From a virus (taxonomy: Duplodnaviria > Caudoviricetes), in IMG/VR virus record IMGVR_UViG_3300033076_000117, positions 204 through 64,203 of that record: 64,000 nucleotides of DNA, one strand, 5' to 3'. How positions within the stretch are numbered: position 1 is the first letter of the stretch; every line of letters starts with the position of its first letter. Position numbers and translations under genes: made by a program. The notes beneath the pieces were generated by a model, which did not search any database, was not told the origin of the DNA, and worked only from the letters and a program-made list of their open reading frames with translations. Positions 38,187-48,191 of this stretch are shown piece by piece.

Positions 38187-40460
38187 ATGACAAACTCACC
38201 CGAAATTGAAAGCATTATTGAGCAAGCAATTGTTTGTGCTAAAGAACGCAAGCACGAATATGTAACAGTTGAACACTTGCTACATGCATTGATTACACAT
38301 ACTCCATTCAAAAAGTGTTTAGACAGTTTTGGTGTAGAAGCTGAATTGATGGCACAAGAAGTGGCTGCATATCTCGACAGCCTACACGCTATTGAAGCAC
38401 AAGATAAATCTGTTGAGGTTCAACCTCGCAAAACAAACGCACTTGAAAGAACAATGAACCGTAGCGTGACGCAGGTTCTATTCACTGGTCGTAGACAAGT
38501 TACAACAATCGACTTGTATCTTTCTATCGCAAGCGAAGGTAACAGTCATGCACATTACTTCCTCTTGAAGTATGGCGTCAACAAACAAGAATTTGTACAG
38601 CACTGGCAAAAGACTTACAAGGGTGCTGAATACACAGCTAAACTTACAGACGGTCAAGCTGATGAAATCCTTGAAGAATACACAACTAACCTCAGCGAAC
38701 TTGCACGACAAGGTAAACTTGAGCCATTGATTGGTCGTAGTAAAGAACTTGATGAAATCGTTAATGTTCTCGCTAAACGCTATAAAGCAAACGTGTTGAT
38801 GGTTGGTGATCCAGGTGTAGGTAAGACTGCAATTGCTGAAGGTCTTGCTCAAGTTATCTTGGATGGCAGTGCTCCTGAATTCATTCATGGCTATGACGTA
38901 TATAGCCTCGAAGTTGCAGGCTTGCTTGCAGGTAGCAAGTATCGAGGTGACTTTGAAGAAAAGGTCAAACTTGTCATTGATGCATTGAATTCTAAAAAGA
39001 AAGCAATCTTGTTCATTGACGAAGCACACACTATGAAGGGTTCTGGTAGCTCTACAGGTGGTAGTATCGACTTTGCGAATATGATTAAGCCCGCAATTAC
39101 TAAGGGTACACTGAAAGTTATTGCAAGTACAACATGGGAAGAATTCTACGAGTCCTTCGAAAAGGATCGTGCATTGATGCGTAGATTCTATAAAGTCTCT
39201 ATTGACGAACCAAGTCAAGAATCTACTATTCGTATTCTCAAGGGTTTGAGTTCACGCCTAAATGAATTCCACGAAGTAGAGATTACAGACGAAGCAATCA
39301 ATGCCGCAGTTGAAAGCTCTGCACGTTATATTCACGACCGTAAAAATCCTGACAAGAGTATTGACTTGTTGGATGCGGCATGCGCCCGTCAGAAAGTTGA
39401 TGGCAAAAAAGGCGTTCAGATTGATAAAGATATGATTTATCAACAAGTTGAACGTTTTACAGGAGTTCCAGCTGACAAACTTAATGGTGACAGCATGGAT
39501 CGTATCCAAACATTAGAAGTTAACGTTAAAGGTAAGTTGTATGGTCAGGATGAGACTGTAGATCAGGTTCTTGAACGTGTTTATGTCAGTTTCGCTGGTA
39601 TCGGTAACGAGAATAAGCCTACTGCTAGTTTCTTGTTCTTGGGACCAACAGGTACAGGTAAAACAGAACTGGCTAAGTTGTTGAGTAAAAATCTCGACAT
39701 GCCATTGCTCAAGTATGATATGTCAGAATATGGCGAAAAGCATTCTGTATCTAGTTTGATCGGTCCGCCTCCTGGTTATGTTGGCTTTAATGACAGTCAA
39801 GTTAGCGGTGGGCGCCTAATCAACGACTTGAGCAAGAATCCTCACAGCATCTTGTTGTTCGATGAAGTTGAGAAAGCACACCCTGATATTTTCAACATCT
39901 TCTTACAGATGTTAGATGAAGGTCGTATCACTGGTAGTAACGGTAAAGAAGTCAATTGTAAGAACACAATCATTATCATGACTAGTAACTTGGGCGCAAG
40001 TGATAGTGAACGTAATCAGATTGGTTTCGGCAGTCAAGAAAAGACGGGTGAAGATGAAAAGGCATTGCGTGAATTCTTCAAGCCTGAATTCCGTAATCGT
40101 TTGGATCTTGTTTGTAAGTTCAAGAAACTTGATATGCTTGCAATCAAGAAGATTGTTGTCAAATTCGCTGAGGACTTGAAGAAGTCATTAGTTGACAAAC
40201 ACAACATTACTCTTGTGTTGTCTGAGCCTGTTATCGAACACTTGGCAGAAGAAGGTTACGATAAGAAGATGGGCGCACGTCCTCTAGCACGTAAGATTGA
40301 CGAGTTGGTTCGTGTGCCACTATCTAAGAAGATTCTGTTTGAGCGCATCAAAAATAGTGTAATCACTGCTAAGATGGGTGAGAGTGGTATCGAATTTGAA
40401 GTAGCACAAAAACTAACAGCATCGGTGGGTGAAAATGGGATTATTGAAGTCAGTCAATGA
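38187..40460 (+). CDS. clpA: ClpA-type AAA+ unfoldase
   Basis: N-domain HEYVTVEHLL; Walker A GDPGVGKT and GPTGTGKT; DEAH and DEVEKAH; IGF loop (RNQIGFG); MGARPL. Confidence 0.9.
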   Translation: MTNSPEIESIIEQAIVCAKERKHEYVTVEHLLHALITHTPFKKCLDSFGVEAELMAQEVAAYLDSLHAIEAQDKSVEVQPRKTNALERTMNRSVTQVLFTGRRQVTTIDLYLSIASEGNSHAHYFLLKYGVNKQEFVQHWQKTYKGAEYTAKLTDGQADEILEEYTTNLSELARQGKLEPLIGRSKELDEIVNVLAKRYKANVLMVGDPGVGKTAIAEGLAQVILDGSAPEFIHGYDVYSLEVAGLLAGSKYRGDFEEKVKLVIDALNSKKKAILFIDEAHTMKGSGSSTGGSIDFANMIKPAITKGTLKVIASTTWEEFYESFEKDRALMRRFYKVSIDEPSQESTIRILKGLSSRLNEFHEVEITDEAINAAVESSARYIHDRKNPDKSIDLLDAACARQKVDGKKGVQIDKDMIYQQVERFTGVPADKLNGDSMDRIQTLEVNVKGKLYGQDETVDQVLERVYVSFAGIGNENKPTASFLFLGPTGTGKTELAKLLSKNLDMPLLKYDMSEYGEKHSVSSLIGPPPGYVGFNDSQVSGGRLINDLSKNPHSILLFDEVEKAHPDIFNIFLQMLDEGRITGSNGKEVNCKNTIIIMTSNLGASDSERNQIGFGSQEKTGEDEKALREFFKPEFRNRLDLVCKFKKLDMLAIKKIVVKFAEDLKKSLVDKHNITLVLSEPVIEHLAEEGYDKKMGARPLARKIDELVRVPLSKKILFERIKNSVITAKMGESGIEFEVAQKLTASVGENGIIEVSQ

Positions 40461-41160
40461 TGTACCAGGTATAGATTATTACGAGTACCGTGATGGTCTA
40501 TACTACAACAGCCATGAATATCGCATGAGGGTTTCAATCCCTTGTGTGAGATACGTATGGTGGTGTAAAACTCCTGAAGATTTAGATAAGAAGATTGCAG
40601 GCGAGACACCTAGGTATGGAAGTATCAAGAAAGTAGATTTACAGGACGTCATAGATAATCAGGAAGCGTTAAAAATTCTTATCAAGCTACAGAAAACTAG
40701 AAAGAAAGACAAAGTGGTTAGTCTAAGAATTGAAGGTGAAACTGTTGCTATCTTTAGCAATGACTTGAGTAAGCTACAATCAATTGCTCAAGAACTTGGT
40801 ACTAAGTATACCCCTAATTACACGCAAGTCCAAACTAGTCAATATGCTGGAATCAAACACTTTGTTGATGAACCTAAACACAAATATCGTGTATATTTGA
40901 AGTCTAAGCGTGTAGAGGATAGTTTCTTAGCAGAATTGAAATCTACTCTTGACCGTCAACCTGGTTTATTTCCTAGTAACGCATTACAGCGTTGGATGAG
41001 CCGTGATCCAAAACGATGGGGAATCTGGCACTTTAGGTGGACTAGTGCGGCTCATTTCATTGACTATGATGATGAATCTACACTGAGTTACCTAGCACTA
41101 ATGCACGGAGAAATACTGGGTAAAAAGTACAAACTAGAAAAGCGCCCAGATACAATCTAA
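40435..41160 (+). CDS. Hypothetical protein
   Basis: 242 aa ORF overlapping the clpA end. Confidence 0.6.
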   Translation: MGLLKSVNDVPGIDYYEYRDGLYYNSHEYRMRVSIPCVRYVWWCKTPEDLDKKIAGETPRYGSIKKVDLQDVIDNQEALKILIKLQKTRKKDKVVSLRIEGETVAIFSNDLSKLQSIAQELGTKYTPNYTQVQTSQYAGIKHFVDEPKHKYRVYLKSKRVEDSFLAELKSTLDRQPGLFPSNALQRWMSRDPKRWGIWHFRWTSAAHFIDYDDESTLSYLALMHGEILGKKYKLEKRPDTI

Positions 41161-41165
41161 AATGA

Positions 41166-41193
41166 TAAATACTCTAATAAAATGGAGTATTTA
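41166..41193 (+). promoter_or_regulatory. Late promoter embedded in an RBS-sequestering hairpin
   Basis: TAAATACTC / GAGTATTTA 9-bp stem; ATAAATA 41165-41171; GGAG 41184-41187; ATG 41196. Confidence 0.7.
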
Positions 41194-41195
41194 CC

Positions 41196-41363
41196 ATGGC
41201 AAAGATTGTCGAAGATGTACTAGTCATCAAATTCAGTAAAATCGTTAAGGACAGTGAGTCAGAAACTTCTGGCATCGCTGGTTCCGATGTTCAACAAGCA
41301 TTAGAACAAGTCGCACAAGAATTAGTTGGCGACTCCGTTGTCGTTGAGGTCGTTCGAGCATGA
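41196..41363 (+). CDS. Small hypothetical late protein (55 aa, missing from the ORF track)
   Basis: MAKIVEDVLVIKFSKIVKD...ELVGDSVVVEVVRA*; SD GGAG; ATGA overlap with the next gene. Confidence 0.75.
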   Translation: MAKIVEDVLVIKFSKIVKDSESETSGIAGSDVQQALEQVAQELVGDSVVVEVVRA

Positions 41364-41752
41364 GCCAAACAACAACATTAGTATTGTTACCTCAAACTAC
41401 ATGGCAAGGTAATGTCTACGCTAACCTACAAGTATATGATGTTGTTGGTGAAAAGAAGCCAGCGGCTGCTTACTACTTAGGTAATAGAGACTTACAAACA
41501 GTCAACGTAAACTTGGCAGGTGTTACAGGTAACATCTTCATTCAAGCGTCATTAGCAACTACACCAACAGACATTGACTGGTTCAATGTTCACGAAATTG
41601 AAGCAAACGCAGGTGATCCTGCTAATTCAATTGGTAACCTAAACGCATACACAAACTCAGCAATAAACATCGAGGGTAACTTTGTATGGATGAGAGCATT
41701 CGTACAAGACTTCTCTGGTGGTATAATTCAATTCATCAAACTAAGCTACTAA
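41360..41752 (+). CDS. Small beta-rich putative structural protein
   Basis: IQASLA..P...DWF and NIEGNFVWMRA motifs; late operon. Confidence 0.55.
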   Translation: MSQTTTLVLLPQTTWQGNVYANLQVYDVVGEKKPAAAYYLGNRDLQTVNVNLAGVTGNIFIQASLATTPTDIDWFNVHEIEANAGDPANSIGNLNAYTNSAINIEGNFVWMRAFVQDFSGGIIQFIKLSY

Positions 41753-41753
41753 A

Positions 41754-44700
41754 ATGAAAATAAGTGCGATTCTATCTGAAGGCCGTAAAGTTGTATTAGA
41801 GGGCGGCAACTTAGCTATTGGCGGTGAACAAGCCGAACACCTCGACCTAAAGGTAACTAATCGCAGTGTAATGGTACCTATTCTAAATAAACTATTGAAC
41901 TCAATCAATAGTGAGTTTCAAAAACAATATAAACAACCATTATGGAACCCTGCATTACTAAAGAGTGGGCAGTTTCTAAGTGGATCTAGCCTACACTTCT
42001 TCAACGTTCAAGGTATTGATGACGAAACATTCGTAGCAAAGAAACCAACAGTGGGTGACATTGATACAATGGTCAACAAAGAACTAGAAGGCGAGTTGGC
42101 TACATTTTTGACACAGAATCAAGGCAAGATTATAGGCAACGGTAAACTAGTAGGATATCAGCGTGGTAATGAACAGTTTTCTAGTCTATGGGCACTGACT
42201 GACGTACCAGTAAAAGTTCAGATTGACTTAGAATTCGTACAGTTTGACAAAGGTGGTATGCCAACTGATTGGGCACGTTTCAGTCACAGTAGTTCATGGG
42301 ACGATTTACAAGCAGGCGTCAAAGGCGTATTTCACAAGTGGTTGATTCAATCACTAGCCGCACTAACAAAGCGTGACTTCTTATTACGCAAGATGGTTGG
42401 TCGTGGTAAACTACGTAAAGAAGAAGACGTTCCAACAACAGACAACATGTTTAGTTTCGCTGTCTCTAGTAAAGAAGGTGGTGGATTACGTGCTAAGTAT
42501 GAGCCTGTATTAGATGACAATGGACAGCCATTAGTAAAAGATGGATTGCCTGTTATGACTGCGGCACCTACAGCAGGATACTCACAAGACATTGGTGAGA
42601 TATTCACTAAGTTGTTTGGTGAGCGTTTGAATCCTAAGAAACTAAAACAAATACAAAACAAGTTCTGGTCATTCACTGGCTTAGTTGACTTAGTAAAGAC
42701 TATGTTGACTCCAGAAGAACAAGGCAAAGTAGTTACACAGTTCTTAGAAAAGACAATTGGTCCTGGCGCACAGGGCATGTACAAGAACAACCCTGATAAA
42801 GATATTAAAGAAAAGACAACAGCAATCAACTATCTATTGAATGCTGTTGGCATGAAGCCACCTGCAAACTATAATCAAATGTTGCAGACATATAGACAGA
42901 ATTACAAAATGACAGATGAATCAACTAGTCAAGTTGATCCTAATAGAACAAAATTGGCGACAAAAGCCAAAGCGGCGATTGCTGAAGCACCTAATTACAA
43001 GCGTAAAGGTATACAACATATATACAACCCCGGCTCAAGTGTAGAAATAAATGATATCGATTTCATAGAGATGTGTAAAGAAATCGCAGCCGACGGTGGT
43101 AAGTTAGAGAATGCTCCAATCAATCTAAAAGTAGACGGTGCTGGTATTCGTTTCGGAAAAGACGAACAAGGTAGACCATTCTTTATGACCTCTAAGGTTA
43201 CGGAACCTAAATACATTGACAACTACGGTGATTTTGAAGCATTTGGTCGTAGTCAAGGCCAAGATGAACAGCGTTTAGCATTCACTAAAAACTATGACGA
43301 GGCACTAAAGACTATTGTTACTGGTGACTTTATGAAAGCAATTCCTCCTGATACAATCGTTCAGGCAGAAATGTTGTTCAACCCAATGGCAAACAAAGAA
43401 CAAGACGGCTATCGTTTTGTCAACATCCCTTATGATCCTAAGAAATTAGGTTCAGTAATGACATTAGTTCCATTCAGTGTTCGTCAATATAGTACAGGTG
43501 AACAAAGACCTGATAGTCAAAAGATTCGTCAACAACTTATCAAAGATTCTACAAAGCAAATCAAGATGGTAGACAACCACTTGAAACATGGCGGTATTGA
43601 TGTAAGCAAGATTGTGAACCCTATTGCTAAGAATGGTGATAAGTTGGCAGCGGCTATAAAGACACGTGGCATGACTCCTGAGAAACAGAAAGCAATGGAG
43701 ATTGTTTCTAATGCTAAGAAGTCTTTGAGCGAAGCAATTTACAATGCCCCTATCAATGGTAAAGATGAGTTGGGAAGCAACATTGAAGGTCTTGTAGTCA
43801 ACTTACCTAGCGGCAGACTAGTCAAAGTTACAAGCCCTGAAATGAAACAAAAGATGGCTGCTAAAATGGCGGCTAACAAGAAGCCAACGACAGGTGGCAA
43901 TCGTAATCGCCCAGCAGTTGTAACTATCGGTAGTTTCGTTGGACACAGAGGTCACGAACAATTAATAAATCAAACTATTGCTACTGCAAAACAGATGAAT
44001 GGAGATCCATACATCTTTGTTAGCCCAGTAGTTGGTCCAGATGATCCTATTCCACCAGATGTAAAACTACAAACTCTACGTAAACTATATCCACAATACG
44101 CTGACAACATTCAAACTTGGAATGCTGAAGGCTCACCAATGAAGAAGATTGAAAAAGAACTCGTTCTTCCAGCAAACAGTCCATACAATAAGATTGTATT
44201 GTTAGTGGGTGATGACCGTTACGAAGGCATGAAGAAGTGGATGGATAGTCTAGAAAAGCGTATGAAAGATCCAGTTGCACTTGCTAAGTACGGCGGAACA
44301 CAGAATCAAGTTGACTTTGAAACTGTTCGTACAGAACGTGATCCAAGTAAAGGTGGTACTGGTATTAGCTTTACTCAGTTGCGTAACAAACTAGCAGATC
44401 CTAATGCTAGTGAGCAAGATAAACTAAATTTCTGGATGCAAGCATTTGATGGTCAGAAATTAGGTCCACAATGGATCAAACATTTGATGGATGTTACTGC
44501 ACAGAACATGGGCTTGAAACAACAGCAAATCAAAGAGTTTATTGAGCGTGTAAAGCCATTGTTGCCTACTGCATCAGAAGAACAAAAAGCTAGAATCTAT
44601 GAAATGTTAAGTAGGTACAAGTCTCAATTAGTTGAGGGTTTTGGTACTGGTTATCCAGAAACATACGAAGAAGAAAACGGTCCATTCCAACACAAAGGTG

Positions 44701-45095
44701 GATATCGTATCACTGATATGACAACCGAAGAGCATGTTCATACTGCGCCAACAATGGCTGGATACAGAACATACAAGCCAAGACATGTTCCAAGTCAAGT
44801 AGAATTGGATGCAGAAGATGAAACTTTGGGTGAAAAGATGGATCCTGAGTTAGCACAGATTATGGCGTATGCTCAACAACATTATCCAAGTTCAACATCT
44901 AAACAAGAAGCGTTTATGAAATTCGTACAACGTTCATTAAAGCATTCTAAAGAAGATGATATGGAACAGAACGATGAAATTATGAGCATAAAGAAAGCCA
45001 TAAATGATTTGGCACATGAACATTTGGAAATCAAACGTGCTATCAATGATTTACACAATGTTACCGAAAACTCTGATTATCTAGAGGAAAAATAA
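41754..45095 (+). CDS. Multi-domain protein: Pol-beta-like NTase + ligase-like KxDG domain + HxGH cytidyltransferase
   Basis: GDID (42054-42065), KVDG (43128-43139), EGLVV (43785-43799), GHRGH (43941-43955); N-terminus MKISAILSE. Confidence 0.65.
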   Translation: MKISAILSEGRKVVLEGGNLAIGGEQAEHLDLKVTNRSVMVPILNKLLNSINSEFQKQYKQPLWNPALLKSGQFLSGSSLHFFNVQGIDDETFVAKKPTVGDIDTMVNKELEGELATFLTQNQGKIIGNGKLVGYQRGNEQFSSLWALTDVPVKVQIDLEFVQFDKGGMPTDWARFSHSSSWDDLQAGVKGVFHKWLIQSLAALTKRDFLLRKMVGRGKLRKEEDVPTTDNMFSFAVSSKEGGGLRAKYEPVLDDNGQPLVKDGLPVMTAAPTAGYSQDIGEIFTKLFGERLNPKKLKQIQNKFWSFTGLVDLVKTMLTPEEQGKVVTQFLEKTIGPGAQGMYKNNPDKDIKEKTTAINYLLNAVGMKPPANYNQMLQTYRQNYKMTDESTSQVDPNRTKLATKAKAAIAEAPNYKRKGIQHIYNPGSSVEINDIDFIEMCKEIAADGGKLENAPINLKVDGAGIRFGKDEQGRPFFMTSKVTEPKYIDNYGDFEAFGRSQGQDEQRLAFTKNYDEALKTIVTGDFMKAIPPDTIVQAEMLFNPMANKEQDGYRFVNIPYDPKKLGSVMTLVPFSVRQYSTGEQRPDSQKIRQQLIKDSTKQIKMVDNHLKHGGIDVSKIVNPIAKNGDKLAAAIKTRGMTPEKQKAMEIVSNAKKSLSEAIYNAPINGKDELGSNIEGLVVNLPSGRLVKVTSPEMKQKMAAKMAANKKPTTGGNRNRPAVVTIGSFVGHRGHEQLINQTIATAKQMNGDPYIFVSPVVGPDDPIPPDVKLQTLRKLYPQYADNIQTWNAEGSPMKKIEKELVLPANSPYNKIVLLVGDDRYEGMKKWMDSLEKRMKDPVALAKYGGTQNQVDFETVRTERDPSKGGTGISFTQLRNKLADPNASEQDKLNFWMQAFDGQKLGPQWIKHLMDVTAQNMGLKQQQIKEFIERVKPLLPTASEEQKARIYEMLSRYKSQLVEGFGTGYPETYEEENGPFQHKGGYRITDMTTEEHVHTAPTMAGYRTYKPRHVPSQVELDAEDETLGEKMDPELAQIMAYAQQHYPSSTSKQEAFMKFVQRSLKHSKEDDMEQNDEIMSIKKAINDLAHEHLEIKRAINDLHNVTENSDYLEEK

Positions 45096-45146
45096 TTTAA
45101 CAAGCTCTATGCCGTGTAAATAATTCTATCTTATCAAGAGGAATTT

Positions 45147-46064
45147 ATGGCAAGAGCAAAAAAATCTGAAACACAAGCAGCCGCACAACAAGTGGCTGCC
45201 CAAGCAGTACCAGAAACTACTACAGTTCAACAAGATGGGCAACAAGCCCCACAACAAGGTCAAGTTCAAGTAAACGTTGACTATCTACGTACTACCCGAG
45301 TACATATTGCTATGCCATGTTATGGCGGCATGTTGACAGAATCTACATTCATGTCATTTATCAAGTGGGCTAATACAGCCCGTCAACTTGGTATCGACTG
45401 GACGCTAGAAACAATGGTCAATGAATCATTGATTAGTCGTGCTAGAAACACACTAACTGCTAAATTCTTGGACATGCCTGAGGCAACGCACTTGTTCTTT
45501 GTTGACGCAGACATTGGTTGGGAACCATGGCACTTACTAGTACTACTGAACCGTGACGTTGACGTTATCGGTGGATTGTATCCAATGAAGACAATGCCAA
45601 TCAAGTGGGTTGTTAACGGCTTTGAGGGTGCAGAAACTGGACCAGATGGCCTACAAGAAGTATCTAAAGCAGGTACAGGTTTCTTACTAATCAAGAAACA
45701 TGTATTTGAAAAGATGAAGTCACATCCTGCTGTCAAGCAGTATAAGAACGACATTGGTTTAGATCCTAAGTTTGACCAACACTTAAAAACTTATTTCGAC
45801 ACAGCAGTTCGCCAGAATCGTTATTACAGTGAAGACTGGACATTCTGTGAAAACTGGCGTGATCTAGGCGGTAAGATTTGGATGGATACACGTGTATTAT
45901 TGCGTCACAGCGGTAGCTATGTATTCTGTATGGAAAATCAGCAACACTTGTTGAACACAATTGGTCCTATGTATGTACAGGAACAACAACAGAAGGCAAA
46001 AGCAGAGGCGGCCCAGCAAATAAAGCCTGGACCAGACGGAAACGTCACTCTCAATATTACCTAA
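45147..46064 (+). CDS. GT-A fold glycosyltransferase with Gln-rich N-terminus
   Basis: IAMPCYGG, SLISRARN, HLFFVDAD (DxD), GTGFLLIK..VFEKM, SED..FC..W. Confidence 0.75.
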   Translation: MARAKKSETQAAAQQVAAQAVPETTTVQQDGQQAPQQGQVQVNVDYLRTTRVHIAMPCYGGMLTESTFMSFIKWANTARQLGIDWTLETMVNESLISRARNTLTAKFLDMPEATHLFFVDADIGWEPWHLLVLLNRDVDVIGGLYPMKTMPIKWVVNGFEGAETGPDGLQEVSKAGTGFLLIKKHVFEKMKSHPAVKQYKNDIGLDPKFDQHLKTYFDTAVRQNRYYSEDWTFCENWRDLGGKIWMDTRVLLRHSGSYVFCMENQQHLLNTIGPMYVQEQQQKAKAEAAQQIKPGPDGNVTLNIT

Positions 46065-46068
46065 AACA

Positions 46069-46088
46069 GGCCCCGAAAGGGGCTTTTT
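46069..46088 (+). terminator. Intrinsic terminator
   Basis: GGCCCC-GAAA-GGGGCT-TTTT. Confidence 0.8.
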
Positions 46089-46109
46089 AGTTGATGCGCT
46101 AAATACATT

Positions 46110-48146
46110 ATGGACCTCAAAGAATTAGAATCATTCAAACTAGGTGATGCTGTAAAGTTTCACGACAAACTGAACCCAAAACTGTGGCATGGTCAACACC
46201 TACAGCCCGAAGTAAAGAAGCAATTACTAGTGATTGCGGAAGATTTCCTACAAGAGTTAGGCATCAGTGGATTGAACGTAAAAGACATTACAGTATCCGG
46301 TAGTAACGCCGCATACAGTTACACACCACACAGTGATTTAGACTTACATATCTTGGTAGATATGAGTAAACTACCAAATGATGACGTTTACCAAGAACTA
46401 TTCACTGCCAAGAAAACATTGTATAATGACAGCCATGATATTAGTATTCATGGGGTACCAGTAGAATTGTATGTACAGGACAGTAATCAACCTGTTGTCA
46501 GTCTAGGCGAATATAGCTTAATGAATGACAAGTGGTTGCGTATTCCTACAAAACGTAGAGCAAATTTTGACCAAACAGCTAGTAAGTCCAAGTACGAGAA
46601 ACTAGCAAAAGTCATTGATTACGCACTACAATCTGATGACTTACATAAAGTCATGGATGTATTAAAGACTATCAAGCGTTATCGTCAAGCAGGATTAGAT
46701 AAAGGTGGTGAGTTTGGACCAGAGAATCTAGCATTTAAAGCATTGCGCCACCAAGGGTACATTACGAAGTTATATGCGTTGCGTGATAAGTTACATAGCG
46801 ATACATTGACAATTGAGAATATGTATCAGAATCCTGAGTTGGACAAGCCAACTAAGAATGTCAGTCAGATTGCTAAAGACCACGATGTTGAAAAATTAGA
46901 AGTCTTGTTACAGTTGATAAAAGGTGTCAAAGTAGAAAAAGAACATACTAGCGTAGGTAGCGTTGCTAGAGAAATCGCACTAGATCATTTAGACGAAAAC
47001 CCACGTTATTATGATGAATTAGCAAAAGTAGGATTAGAAGAAGATAGTGAATCTGAAATTCACAACTACGAAAAGCTAGACAAGATATTGAATAAACTAT
47101 GTGAAATGGTTGTCAAGGGTCAAAAGTCTGACAAAGACTATGGCATGGTTGCCGCTTGTGTATTAGATCCAGATAACAATATAGTAGCTGGTTTGAACAT
47201 GCCTGGTAAGAATGGCAAAAGAATTCATGCCGAGCGTGTTGCTGTAGAGAAATATGAAAAGAAATATGGCGAAGTTCCTGAGGGTAGTATTGTAATCACT
47301 ACACTAAGTCCTTGCAATGAATCTGACGATGAAACTGCTGAAGATAGAGAAGGTGAAAGCTGTACTGATTACTTGAACATTAAGGGCATCAAGAAAGTCT
47401 ATTGCGGATATATTGATCCTACACAAGACAATGACCAACGTCAGTTCAATTTGATGGAAACTAGCAATAAAGAGATACGTGAAGAATGTAAGAAATTTGC
47501 CGACACTTTCTTGGATACAGAAGATTTGACTGAATCATTCGACCAACCCTATCCTATGAAGTGGGAAAGCAGTGGTTATGGTGATGTGGATGCATTGGCA
47601 AGATTACCAGATGGTAGTCCACTAAGTATCATGTTCAACCAGCAACAAGGTGATGATGGCGAAGAAACAGTGCAGGTTGAATTCTATAGAAACAACAGTC
47701 AGGAAGTCACAGGTGAAGGTGACGCACAAAGAATATTTGCTACTGTGTTAGCCGCCATTCAGAAATATATAAAGAAATATAAACCCCTACGCTTGACATT
47801 CTCCGCTAGTAAAGACAACTGGGCAAAGCAACAACAGAATAGTGAAAGTCGTGCTAGTTTATACGATAGGCTGGTTCAGCGTTATAGTAAGTCTTGGGGC
47901 TATAGAGCATTTAGAGCAGATAACGGTGACTTGGTTATCTATGAATTGAATAGAATAAACAAGAATATGTCTGAATCCTCATCAGGATACATTCCAAGCA
48001 ATGCTGAAAAAGACGATCCACGCTATAAAACAGCACTAACAGTAGATATCAAGCCTGATACAATGATGAAAAACGCTAAGAAATTAGGGTCTAAAATCAG
48101 TCGTGCAGGTATCCCTCCAACATTGAAGGCAAGTGGTAAGTTCTGA
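46110..48146 (+). CDS. Modular protein: nucleotidyltransferase + DUF5661-like + Zn-dependent deaminase + unknown modules
   Basis: SGS...SDLDLH; GVKVEKEH...IALDHL; HAE...PC...C; modules separated by LEE, LTE, MSE. Confidence 0.65.
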   Translation: MDLKELESFKLGDAVKFHDKLNPKLWHGQHLQPEVKKQLLVIAEDFLQELGISGLNVKDITVSGSNAAYSYTPHSDLDLHILVDMSKLPNDDVYQELFTAKKTLYNDSHDISIHGVPVELYVQDSNQPVVSLGEYSLMNDKWLRIPTKRRANFDQTASKSKYEKLAKVIDYALQSDDLHKVMDVLKTIKRYRQAGLDKGGEFGPENLAFKALRHQGYITKLYALRDKLHSDTLTIENMYQNPELDKPTKNVSQIAKDHDVEKLEVLLQLIKGVKVEKEHTSVGSVAREIALDHLDENPRYYDELAKVGLEEDSESEIHNYEKLDKILNKLCEMVVKGQKSDKDYGMVAACVLDPDNNIVAGLNMPGKNGKRIHAERVAVEKYEKKYGEVPEGSIVITTLSPCNESDDETAEDREGESCTDYLNIKGIKKVYCGYIDPTQDNDQRQFNLMETSNKEIREECKKFADTFLDTEDLTESFDQPYPMKWESSGYGDVDALARLPDGSPLSIMFNQQQGDDGEETVQVEFYRNNSQEVTGEGDAQRIFATVLAAIQKYIKKYKPLRLTFSASKDNWAKQQQNSESRASLYDRLVQRYSKSWGYRAFRADNGDLVIYELNRINKNMSESSSGYIPSNAEKDDPRYKTALTVDIKPDTMMKNAKKLGSKISRAGIPPTLKASGKF

Positions 48147-48191
48147 TTAGTATAGTATTTGATAAATACAATATTAGTTTGGAATTTTACT

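Noticed and set aside
38478-39509. 246-aa and 83-aa antisense ORFs inside clpA, and similar shadow ORFs in PolB and 41754
   Set aside because: Expected from biased codon usage on the sense strand; no recognisable motifs.
42364-42400. LTKRDFLLRK in the 41754 protein as a Tat motif
   Set aside because: KR rather than RR, no hydrophobic h-region, not after a Glu site.
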